DNA from: a bacterium
GTDB taxonomy: Bacteria; SZUA-182; DTGQ01; JAFGSM01
DNA: 40,529 nt
Reading direction: 5' to 3'
Assembly (NCBI GenBank): GCA_049472335.1
Contig: JBLIRO010000044.1
Location: 1-40,529, forward strand
Shown: positions 8,788 to 16,855 of the stretch, one piece after another
Layout: the number at the start of each line of letters is the position of its first letter
How positions within the stretch are numbered: the stretch's first letter is position 1
The notes under the pieces: model-generated
What the model was told of the DNA's origin: nothing
Seen by the model: only the letters and a program-made list of their open reading frames with translations
Databases searched by the model: none
Program-made: the position numbers and the translations under genes

Positions 8788-10347
8788 ATGACGGGTTATA
8801 GTAAACCAAAAAGAGTATTAGGCTATCTGGCTGTAATGCTTTTTCTTTTAATGTGTTTGGCTGTTTCTTCTTATGCTCAGCTCAGAAGAAGATACCACGG
8901 TATTGATCTGGATTTCCCCATGAAACGCTGTTCCATGGAGATACGTGGTGCGGATGTCGCTGATGTTCTAAGGACATTTGCCGATCAATATAAGCTTAAT
9001 CTGATTCTTGGCAGTGATGTATCGGGAAAGATCGATCTAATTCTGAATAAGGTGCCTGTGGATCAGGCATTCTTAACCATATTGCGTACTGCTAAACTGG
9101 CCTATATCAAAGAGGGCAAGATTTACAGGATTATGTCCCTGGAAAAGATGGCTGAGGAAAACAGGCTTCGGGAAGAATCCGTAGAGATGGAAACAAGGGT
9201 ATTCAGGCCAAATTACGCCAGCGCAAAAAGGCTGGCGGATAGTATGAAGAATATTTTGTCCAAGCGGGAGGGGGCTTTTATTGACGCGGATGAAAGAACC
9301 AATACCATTGTAATCAAGGACATTTCCCAAAAGCTGGACGAAATGGAAGCCCTTTTCCGTCTCCTGGATATAGAAAAGGTTACAACGGTTCGCCCTGTCA
9401 AGACAGAGGTAATCACATTAAAATTCGCCGATGCGGAAGAAATGGGGAAAAATATAAAGGCTTTGCTATCCGAGGCAGGAAAGGTTGAAGTCAATCAAAA
9501 GAAGAACTCTCTTATAATTCTTGACTTGCCCGAAAATCTGGGGCAGATAAAGACATTGGTAAATGAGATTGACATGCCTTCCCGCCAGGTGCTTATCGAA
9601 GCCAGGGTTGTTGAGACAACGAAAAATTTCATCAAAGATCTTGGTATCCAATGGGGAGGTAAATATACCACCGGCCCTCCATCGGGAAAGTTGTTTCCCA
9701 GGACCACGATAACCGGCGTAGCGGGTGATTTAACAAGCGAAGTAACTGAAAACTTTGCTGTCAATCTCCCTATTTCAGGAGGCACCTCATACGGAGGCAT
9801 TGGGGTTTCACTGGGGCATCTTAAAGACAAGTACTTCCTGGACATACAATTAAATGCTATGGAATCCGAGGGGGAAGGCAGGGTTTTGTCAAATCCCAGG
9901 ATTGCTACCATGGACAATACAGAGGCGCTCATTGAAATAGGCTCCAAGATCCCCTTTTTAGTGCGAGAAGAACAAACGGATGAAGTAGATACTTACAGAG
10001 TAGTCTATGAAGACGCTTTTACCACCCTTGAAGTGGTCCCTCACATTACTGCTGACGGCAGGATAAAAATGAAGATCAATGCAAGCAAGGACCGCCCTGA
10101 TTTTTCTAAAACAGTTTTGGGTTATCCCCTGATATCCCGGAAAGGCGCTGAGACCGAACTGATAGTAAAGGATGGCGAGACCGCGGTAATTGGCGGCCTT
10201 TCCATCTCTGACAAATCCGAGGTTCAAAACGAAGTCCCCTGGTTTGCCGACCTGCCGTTGATCGGCATCCTTTTCAAGAGCAAGTTTAAATCCAACAATT
10301 ATGATGAGCTTCTGATCTTTATCACTCCCCACATAATAGAAAACTAA
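8788..10347 (+). CDS. pilQ: secretin PilQ (N0 plus two N domains, no AMIN domains)
   Basis: Signal peptide; QVLIEARVVE, LGIQWGG, LSNPRIATMDN, GETAVIGG, VPWFADLPLIGILFK, ELLIFITPHII. Confidence 0.92.
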   Translation: MTGYSKPKRVLGYLAVMLFLLMCLAVSSYAQLRRRYHGIDLDFPMKRCSMEIRGADVADVLRTFADQYKLNLILGSDVSGKIDLILNKVPVDQAFLTILRTAKLAYIKEGKIYRIMSLEKMAEENRLREESVEMETRVFRPNYASAKRLADSMKNILSKREGAFIDADERTNTIVIKDISQKLDEMEALFRLLDIEKVTTVRPVKTEVITLKFADAEEMGKNIKALLSEAGKVEVNQKKNSLIILDLPENLGQIKTLVNEIDMPSRQVLIEARVVETTKNFIKDLGIQWGGKYTTGPPSGKLFPRTTITGVAGDLTSEVTENFAVNLPISGGTSYGGIGVSLGHLKDKYFLDIQLNAMESEGEGRVLSNPRIATMDNTEALIEIGSKIPFLVREEQTDEVDTYRVVYEDAFTTLEVVPHITADGRIKMKINASKDRPDFSKTVLGYPLISRKGAETELIVKDGETAVIGGLSISDKSEVQNEVPWFADLPLIGILFKSKFKSNNYDELLIFITPHIIEN

Positions 10348-10353
10348 CCAGGG

Positions 10354-12087
10354 ATGGCGCACAAGAGGTATATAGCCGGATATAACCAGATCGGAGAGTT
10401 GTTAATCCAGGAAGGGCTTATTACCGAGACCCAGCTCGAACAGGCTTATAATAAACAAAAACGCACGGGTGAGAGGATCGGTGTCATACTGGTCAATATG
10501 GGCGTAATATCCGAGCATGACCTTTTAAAGGCCCTTGCAAGACAATTAAATATAGACTATATTCCGCCCGAAAAATTTTCCATGATAGATCCTGATTTGG
10601 CAAGGCTTATACCTGAACATATTGCCCGAAAGCATCTGGCTATCCCATTAATGAAAAATTTCGATTCACTGACGGTAATTATGGCTGATCCTTTCGATCT
10701 GCTATCTATCGACGATATCCAGAGGATAGCAGGCATGAATATTAAGCCTGCCATAAGCTCCGGAAAGAATATTGAAGCGGCAATTACCCGTATCTTTATC
10801 CCCAAGGAAGAAGGGAAAATACTGGAGGTTCTGAAGGACCTTCAGTCGATTCATCTTGAGGTGGAGGAAAAAAGGGAAGAAGAAGGCCTTGATCTGGAAA
10901 AGGTTAAGGAGCAGGTGGAGGAGGCGCCGATTGTCAAGCTGGTCGACTATATCATTACCAATGCCATTAATAGGCTGGCCAGCGACGTTCATATAGAACC
11001 CCGGGAAGATAACGTTCTCATTAGATACAGGATAGACGGGGTCCTTTATGACATAATCTCTCCGCCTAAAAATCTCCAGATGGCTATAACTTCCAGGATC
11101 AAGATCTTATCCAATCTTGATATTGCGGAAAGAAGGCTTCCCCAGGACGGTCGTTTTACTATAAGGTTCAACAACAGGGAAATAGATCTCCGTGTTTCAT
11201 GTGTACCGACCATTTTTGGAGAAAAGATAGTTTTGAGGTTGTTGGAAAAAACGGCCTTTAGCTTTCAGCTCGAAGAGCTGGGACTGGACACGCACCAGTT
11301 TGAGATCTTTAAACAATTCATGTATGTGCCCTATGGAATGATTCTTCTTACGGGTCCCACAGGGAGCGGAAAATCCACCACCCTTTATGCAATGCTGTCA
11401 AGGATACGCTCTCCGGAAAAGAATATCATTACTATCGAAGACCCTGTAGAGTACCAGATCAAAGGGATAAACCAGATTCAAGCTAATTTCAAGACGGGTT
11501 TCACCTTTGCTAATGGACTGAGAGCGATTCTCAGGCAGGACCCCGATACAATAATGGTCGGAGAGATCAGGGATATAGAGACTGCTGAAATAGCAATCCG
11601 GTCCGCACTAACCGGTCATATGGTTTTTTCCACTTTACATACCAATGATGCCGTTGGTACCGTTGTACGTTTGGTTAACATGGGAATCGAGCCGTTTCTT
11701 GTCTGTAACTCACTCACGTTGGCTGTAGCACAACGGCTTGTTCGTCGTGTATGCCTTAAATGCCGAGAGGCATATGTACCAAGCCCTGCCCTTCTTGAAA
11801 GTATAGGTCTCAAACCCAATCAAAAGGAAGAATTACTTTTTTATCGCGGTAAAGGGTGTGATTCCTGCAATCAAACCGGCTATAGAGGTCGTGTGGGAAT
11901 CTTCGAAATTATGGTCATGTCCCAGGAGATACGCAACCTTGTGCTTCAAAACGCTCTGCCCAGTGTTATAAAACGGAAGGCCCTGGAAAAAGGCATGACT
12001 ACTCTTATGGAAAGCGGACTAAATAAGGTTATCCAGGGGATAACCTCCATTGATGAAGTATTAAGCACGTGTGTGGAAGAGGAATAG
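10354..12087 (+). CDS. pilB: pilus extension ATPase PilB/GspE with N-terminal MshEN domain
   Basis: ASDVHIEP, ERRLPQDGR, Walker A GPTGSGKST, LRQDPDTIMVGEIRD, TGHMVFSTLHTND, CxxC...CxxC Zn site. Confidence 0.95.
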   Translation: MAHKRYIAGYNQIGELLIQEGLITETQLEQAYNKQKRTGERIGVILVNMGVISEHDLLKALARQLNIDYIPPEKFSMIDPDLARLIPEHIARKHLAIPLMKNFDSLTVIMADPFDLLSIDDIQRIAGMNIKPAISSGKNIEAAITRIFIPKEEGKILEVLKDLQSIHLEVEEKREEEGLDLEKVKEQVEEAPIVKLVDYIITNAINRLASDVHIEPREDNVLIRYRIDGVLYDIISPPKNLQMAITSRIKILSNLDIAERRLPQDGRFTIRFNNREIDLRVSCVPTIFGEKIVLRLLEKTAFSFQLEELGLDTHQFEIFKQFMYVPYGMILLTGPTGSGKSTTLYAMLSRIRSPEKNIITIEDPVEYQIKGINQIQANFKTGFTFANGLRAILRQDPDTIMVGEIRDIETAEIAIRSALTGHMVFSTLHTNDAVGTVVRLVNMGIEPFLVCNSLTLAVAQRLVRRVCLKCREAYVPSPALLESIGLKPNQKEELLFYRGKGCDSCNQTGYRGRVGIFEIMVMSQEIRNLVLQNALPSVIKRKALEKGMTTLMESGLNKVIQGITSIDEVLSTCVEEE

Positions 12088-12090
12088 CTA

Positions 12091-12119
12091 TTGCCCAAAA
12101 TTAGAATTGCTGATATATT
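12091..12119 (+). promoter_or_regulatory. candidate sigma-70 promoter for pilC
   Basis: TTGCCC, 17 nt, TATATT, with an extended -10 TG, in the 119-bp pilB-pilC gap. Confidence 0.45.
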
Positions 12120-12206
12120 TCTCATGTGCTTTTATTAATACTTACTATTTGTTATAGTAGGGTCTCAATGAGTATGTAACAAAACTGTACATGAAGGAGA
12201 AAAATC

Positions 12207-13439
12207 TTGCCTTATTACACTTACAAAGCCCGGGAATTCAATGGTAAGACTATCTCGGGAACAATGGAGGCAGAAAACGAGGATGAAGTAATAGAAAGGC
12301 TGCACCGCAGAAACGCCGTTCCGTTATCAGTTACTCTTATCGATGAACATATCAAAAAAAGTACTTCACGGGAAAACCTTTTAATAAGCCTGAAACGCTT
12401 CTCTACACATATCAGGCTTCAGGATTTACTTTTATTTACAAACCAATTATCTGCAATGTTCGGTGCGGGTATACCTATCTCAAAAAGCATTCAGTCTATT
12501 GCTACAGACACAAAAAAAAAGTCTTTTCAGGAGATTATAACCGAAGTATACCGGTCTATCGAAGCCGGTGATGACTTGTCCCAGGCCATGGCTCGCTACC
12601 CCTCAGTATTCAATGAACTGTATGTTAGTCTGATCCAATCCGGAGAGGTAAGCGGCACCCTTGGTATTATCCTTCCACAGCTCGCCTCCTATCTGGAAAA
12701 GACCATTGAAATCCGGGGACGTGTAAAGGCAGCCATAACATATCCCATCGCCATCATCTCTTTCGCTGTTCTGGTTATTTCTTTTCTTATAATGGCAATT
12801 GTCCCAAAATTTGGTGTTATATATCAGCGTCTAAAGGCGCCTTTACCCCTTCCGACCCAAATCCTTCTTAAAGGAAGTCAATTTTTCAAACAAAATTTTC
12901 TTTTATTAATATTTTCTTTTTTGATGATATTAATCCTTTTTTATTTTTCATTACATACAAAAAGTATTGGGTTCTTATGGGATAAGGCAAAGCTTCATTT
13001 TCCCATATTTGGCCCTCTGATTATTAAAAGCACACTTGCAAAATTCACCAAGACACTATCGGTTCTTCTTCACAGCGGGATGCCTATCATCCAGTCCATA
13101 CAAATTGTATCCAATTCGGTAGGCAATCGATATCTGAAAGATGTGCTTGATAGATGTTCAGTTGATATACAAAAAGGGGCATCCGTCTCGCAGGCATTTT
13201 CGGAATCACGCGCATTCCCCAACCTGCTGATACAGATGATATCATCCGGTGAAGAATCCGGGACCCTTCACACCATGCTGGGGAAGACCTCTGATTTTTA
13301 TCAGCAGCAGGTTAGCAGCACCGTAGCTTCATTAACCTCCATTATAGAACCTGTATTAATAATCATTATCGGTGGTGTTGTGGCATTCATAGCTCTTTCT
13401 ATCTTTCTGCCGATATTTAAATTGGGGGGCGCCCTTTAA
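12207..13439 (+). CDS. pilC: inner-membrane platform protein PilC/GspF
   Basis: TTG start with AAGGAG RBS; FTNQLSAMFGAGIP, GEVSGTL, AITYP, LPLPTQ, GEESGTL, IEP...FLPIF. Confidence 0.95.
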   Translation: MPYYTYKAREFNGKTISGTMEAENEDEVIERLHRRNAVPLSVTLIDEHIKKSTSRENLLISLKRFSTHIRLQDLLLFTNQLSAMFGAGIPISKSIQSIATDTKKKSFQEIITEVYRSIEAGDDLSQAMARYPSVFNELYVSLIQSGEVSGTLGIILPQLASYLEKTIEIRGRVKAAITYPIAIISFAVLVISFLIMAIVPKFGVIYQRLKAPLPLPTQILLKGSQFFKQNFLLLIFSFLMILILFYFSLHTKSIGFLWDKAKLHFPIFGPLIIKSTLAKFTKTLSVLLHSGMPIIQSIQIVSNSVGNRYLKDVLDRCSVDIQKGASVSQAFSESRAFPNLLIQMISSGEESGTLHTMLGKTSDFYQQQVSSTVASLTSIIEPVLIIIIGGVVAFIALSIFLPIFKLGGAL

Positions 13440-13468
13440 TATATATAAAAACTGAAAATTTTTAAATC

Positions 13469-13777
13469 ATGGTGGAATTCAGAAAGTATACTGCAAAAAC
13501 AAAAAAGGATAGTATTAATGTAATAGTCTATGTCTCGGGCTATAAAATCCTCGGGACCGTTTACCTTCCCCTGGGAGGGAGATTGACTGACTTTTTAAAC
13601 ACAAAGGGTCTTGGCGCGGAAGGGGAGGTTTTTATACCTGTCACCGATGCCAGTATCTATAGTATTTCAGATGACAGCCTCATTCATTACACCCCGTTTT
13701 TAAGTATAAATAAGGATAATATATTGTTTATTTTTCCGCAGGACGATTCTATGAAAGAAGAAAAAGAAAAAACTTGA
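13469..13777 (+). CDS. small conserved hypothetical protein (DUF6812-like)
   Basis: I.GTVYLP...RLTDFLN...FIPVTDA...FLSINKDNILFIFP pattern recalled from a small beta-rich family; the family name is from memory and unverified. Confidence 0.6.
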   Translation: MVEFRKYTAKTKKDSINVIVYVSGYKILGTVYLPLGGRLTDFLNTKGLGAEGEVFIPVTDASIYSISDDSLIHYTPFLSINKDNILFIFPQDDSMKEEKEKT

Positions 13778-13802
13778 CACTAAAATCAAAATGCCATAGG
13801 AT
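13774..13802 (+). promoter_or_regulatory. sigma-70 promoter for cpoB-lysM
   Basis: TTGACA, 17 nt, TAGGAT, 30 bp upstream of the cpoB start. Confidence 0.6.
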
Positions 13803-13832
13803 CAAAACGTAAAGATATAAAAGGGATTAGTT

Positions 13833-14621
13833 ATGAACAGACATCTTCTTAGAGCAATGATAAACACCCTGTTTATTTTGACGGCGTTTGTCTTTCTCGG
13901 ATGCCAGTCGAATGTTGTAAAAGACACCATACAAAGGGACCTGGATGACCTGCAGAAGCAGATATTCGAGCTGCAGCAGGATCAAGCATATATTAATACA
14001 AAGGTGGAGCAGACTTCGACTCATATTTCATATCTGAATGAGCGGTTGGAGAAAAAAGAAAAAGAGCTAGAGAAGGTCATTAGTAATCAGGAGAAACTTA
14101 AGCAGGATCTTTTCAAAACCAAAGATGCTGTCGAACCTGAGATACTCACCCCTGAGACCAAGATAGAAATGGTGGGATCTGAGGCGTCGTCCGGTCTTGC
14201 CCCTGCAACTCCGGAGTCCCGCAAGTCGATCATCTATGAAAGTCCTACCAAACTATATAATAATGCCCTGGATCTTATTCGCTCAGGAAAAATAGATGAC
14301 GCTATTCCTCTGTTACGGCAATATGTCGAAATCTATCCCAGAACGGAATTGGCTGATAACGCTCAATACTGGCTTGGAGAATGTTACTATAAAAAAAGGG
14401 ACTTTCAGAATGCTATAAATGGATTCAAGAAGGTTTTGGATGACTATCCCAGCGGCAACAAAATACCAGCCGCCCTTCTTAAATTGGGATATTCCTTTTA
14501 TGAACTCCGTCAGATAGCTCAGGCACTGGAATCCCTGCAAAGAATAATAAATCAATATCCGAATGATCCTGTATATTCATTAGCCCAAAAAAAGATCGAT
14601 ATTATACTATCAGAAAGGTGA
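13833..14621 (+). CDS. cpoB: Tol-Pal associated TPR lipoprotein CpoB/YbgF
   Basis: Lipobox FLGC, coiled coil, YPRTELADNAQYWLGECYY, YPSGNKIPAALLKLG. Confidence 0.88.
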   Translation: MNRHLLRAMINTLFILTAFVFLGCQSNVVKDTIQRDLDDLQKQIFELQQDQAYINTKVEQTSTHISYLNERLEKKEKELEKVISNQEKLKQDLFKTKDAVEPEILTPETKIEMVGSEASSGLAPATPESRKSIIYESPTKLYNNALDLIRSGKIDDAIPLLRQYVEIYPRTELADNAQYWLGECYYKKRDFQNAINGFKKVLDDYPSGNKIPAALLKLGYSFYELRQIAQALESLQRIINQYPNDPVYSLAQKKIDIILSER

Positions 14622-14625
14622 GTCT

Positions 14626-15720
14626 ATGAGACAAAAATCTCTTTTGGGAAGTTTTAAAATCTGTTTTTATATTATGCTTTTTTTGTTCTTATCCGCTATA
14701 GTCTTTTTTCCGGGCATCCGCGATATAACAGCCCAGCAGGCCGCATCTGTTTCGGACATTTATATTGTCACCAAAGGGGATACCTTATGGAATATTTCCG
14801 AAGAATTCTTCGGAGATCCTCAGCTTTGGCCGGCACTATGGCAAATAAATCCCCATATCAAAGACCCTCATTGGATATATCCCGGCGAAATCATCAATCT
14901 TATAAAACTTACACCTCCCTCTCTTTCGTCCGTTCCTTTACAACAACCTTTGAAACCCCTGAAGGAAATAACAGAAGGTGAGATTCAGCCGGAGATTCCT
15001 GCTACAAAAGAACCTGTCTATGCCGTTACCCAGGACAAGATAGATAGCTGCAGCTATCTTTTACCGCAAGCGGTTTTTCATCAAAAAGAAAAAGAGGAAG
15101 GGTGGGGAAAAATAGTAAAAAGCAAGGAAGAAAAGATCAGCCTAAGTTATCTGGATTATATCTATATAGACCTTGGAGAAGGGGATGTTGTTCCCGGACA
15201 AATAATGACGGTATTTAAGATAGCCCGGGATCTTAAGGATAATGAAAAATTGGATATGCCCCATTATATGGTAAGCATCCTCGGCAAAGCTGAGATAAAA
15301 GAAGTGTATGACAATATAAGTCTTGCAAAGATTATAAAATCCTATTCTGAGATCTCCATAGGGGATATGGTAAAACAATACGAGGCAATGCCCAGACCTG
15401 TTTTAAAACCGCCCAAGATAAAAGAATTGTACGGTGAGATCCTGGAATCAGAGGCACCGAAGGTGAACCTGTCCGAATTTGATATCGTTTTTCTCAATAT
15501 GGGAAAATGGACTGGTATAGAACCTGGTAATCCTTTGGAAATATACAGATTTGAGAATATTAAGATCGGACCCCCCGATGCGCAGGAAACGAAAAGGATT
15601 ATAAGACCTCTTGGCGAACTTCTTGTTTTAAGAGGAGAGGAATGGACATCAACGGCCCTTATAACCAAGAGTTATCAGCCTATTTTACTGGGTGACCATG
15701 TAAGGATATATGAGGATTGA
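14626..15720 (+). CDS. LysM peptidoglycan-binding protein, TsaP-like
   Basis: Signal/TM, then YIVTKGDTLWNIS...WPALWQINPHIKDPHWIYPG LysM, then two FlgT-C-like beta repeats (IYIDLG; VFLNMG..G...G..L). Confidence 0.8.
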   Translation: MRQKSLLGSFKICFYIMLFLFLSAIVFFPGIRDITAQQAASVSDIYIVTKGDTLWNISEEFFGDPQLWPALWQINPHIKDPHWIYPGEIINLIKLTPPSLSSVPLQQPLKPLKEITEGEIQPEIPATKEPVYAVTQDKIDSCSYLLPQAVFHQKEKEEGWGKIVKSKEEKISLSYLDYIYIDLGEGDVVPGQIMTVFKIARDLKDNEKLDMPHYMVSILGKAEIKEVYDNISLAKIIKSYSEISIGDMVKQYEAMPRPVLKPPKIKELYGEILESEAPKVNLSEFDIVFLNMGKWTGIEPGNPLEIYRFENIKIGPPDAQETKRIIRPLGELLVLRGEEWTSTALITKSYQPILLGDHVRIYED

Positions 15721-15727
15721 CATTGGA

Positions 15728-16855
15728 TCAGTGAATCTTCTTTTTTACGGAAAAACTCGAAATCGGAGATACGCAAACACGGTTCCTCCCCTGAGCTTTT
15801 CCCGCATATAATGCCATATCCGCGTAATCAGTAAGTTCATCGGAATAAAGCCCATCATCCGGATATGTACCTATACCTATAGTTACAGTCAATTTACTTG
15901 TTTCTTCAGATTTTTTGAATAGGGATTTTTTATCTCCGGACAAGAAAACGTGTTGTGATAGTCTTTGTCTGATCCTTTCAGCAAGGATCTTGCTTCCCCT
16001 TTTCCCGGTTTCTGGAAGAAGCATCAAAAACTCGTCTCCTCCATATCTTGCTACTACATCAGCATGCCTTGCATGGGAATTTAATATCCTGGCGACCTGT
16101 TTCAGCGCTCTGTCGCCTTCCATATGGCCAAACCTGTCGTTAAATCTCTTAAAGTTATCTATATCCAGCATAATCATTGAGACATTTCTATCATACCTTT
16201 GGGCTCTTTTTATTTCTTTATGTGCCACTTCAAAAAAATAACGGCGATTGAAAAGCCCTGTCAGATCATCTCGATGGGAGAGCTCTTGAATCTTTCTGTA
16301 CAATCTGGCGTTTTCAATGGCAATAGCCACATGCTCCGCAATTGTGGCATAAAATCCAAGATCTGATTCCGAGAATCCCTCTACGTTCTGCTTATAGACA
16401 TTCAATAGCCCAATCACCATAGATCCCTGACCAATCAAGGGAAGGCCGAGATATGAACCCTTTTCTATAGTCCGGTTCGTGGCCTTTTTAAAAGATTCGT
16501 CCTTACTTATGTCTTTGATAAGTTTAGGGCTTTTAGTAAGGACTATATTCCCGAAGAAACCTTCTCCCAAAACGCATTCTTTTTTAATACATATATTCAG
16601 GCCTGAAGAAACCTTTGTGACCATGGTATTATTTTCTTCATCCAAAACCATTAGGGAGTACATATCCACCTTCAGGGAATGATGGACCAATTCAACAGTG
16701 CGTGTAAAAACTTCATCAAGGCTGAGCGTAGATCCCAACACCTTGCTTATATTGTGAAGGGTATACAGCTCTAAAACCTTTTGATGAAGCATCTTATTGA
16801 TATTTTCCAGTTCAGAGATTCTGTCCTGTACTATTTTTTGTTCCACTGATACCAC
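15728..16855 (-). CDS. GAF-GGDEF diguanylate cyclase
   Basis: DDLTGLFNRRYF, DIDNFKRFNDRFGHMEGD, I-site RHAD and intact GGDEF, ADMALYAGKAQGRNRV; GAF ends AIAIENARLY. Confidence 0.93.
   Translation of the reverse strand: MVSVEQKIVQDRISELENINKMLHQKVLELYTLHNISKVLGSTLSLDEVFTRTVELVHHSLKVDMYSLMVLDEENNTMVTKVSSGLNICIKKECVLGEGFFGNIVLTKSPKLIKDISKDESFKKATNRTIEKGSYLGLPLIGQGSMVIGLLNVYKQNVEGFSESDLGFYATIAEHVAIAIENARLYRKIQELSHRDDLTGLFNRRYFFEVAHKEIKRAQRYDRNVSMIMLDIDNFKRFNDRFGHMEGDRALKQVARILNSHARHADVVARYGGDEFLMLLPETGKRGSKILAERIRQRLSQHVFLSGDKKSLFKKSEETSKLTVTIGIGTYPDDGLYSDELTDYADMALYAGKAQGRNRVCVSPISSFSVKKKIH

Noticed and set aside
12174..12191. Pho-box-like direct repeat ATGTAAC-AAAA-CTGTACA upstream of pilC
   Set aside because: Three mismatches in each half and downstream of the candidate promoter; too weak to call.
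16090..16180. Possible Hypr-type (3'3'-cGAMP-making) GGDEF
   Set aside because: The specificity position is Asp (GHMEGD), not the Ser of Hypr enzymes; a canonical c-di-GMP cyclase is expected.
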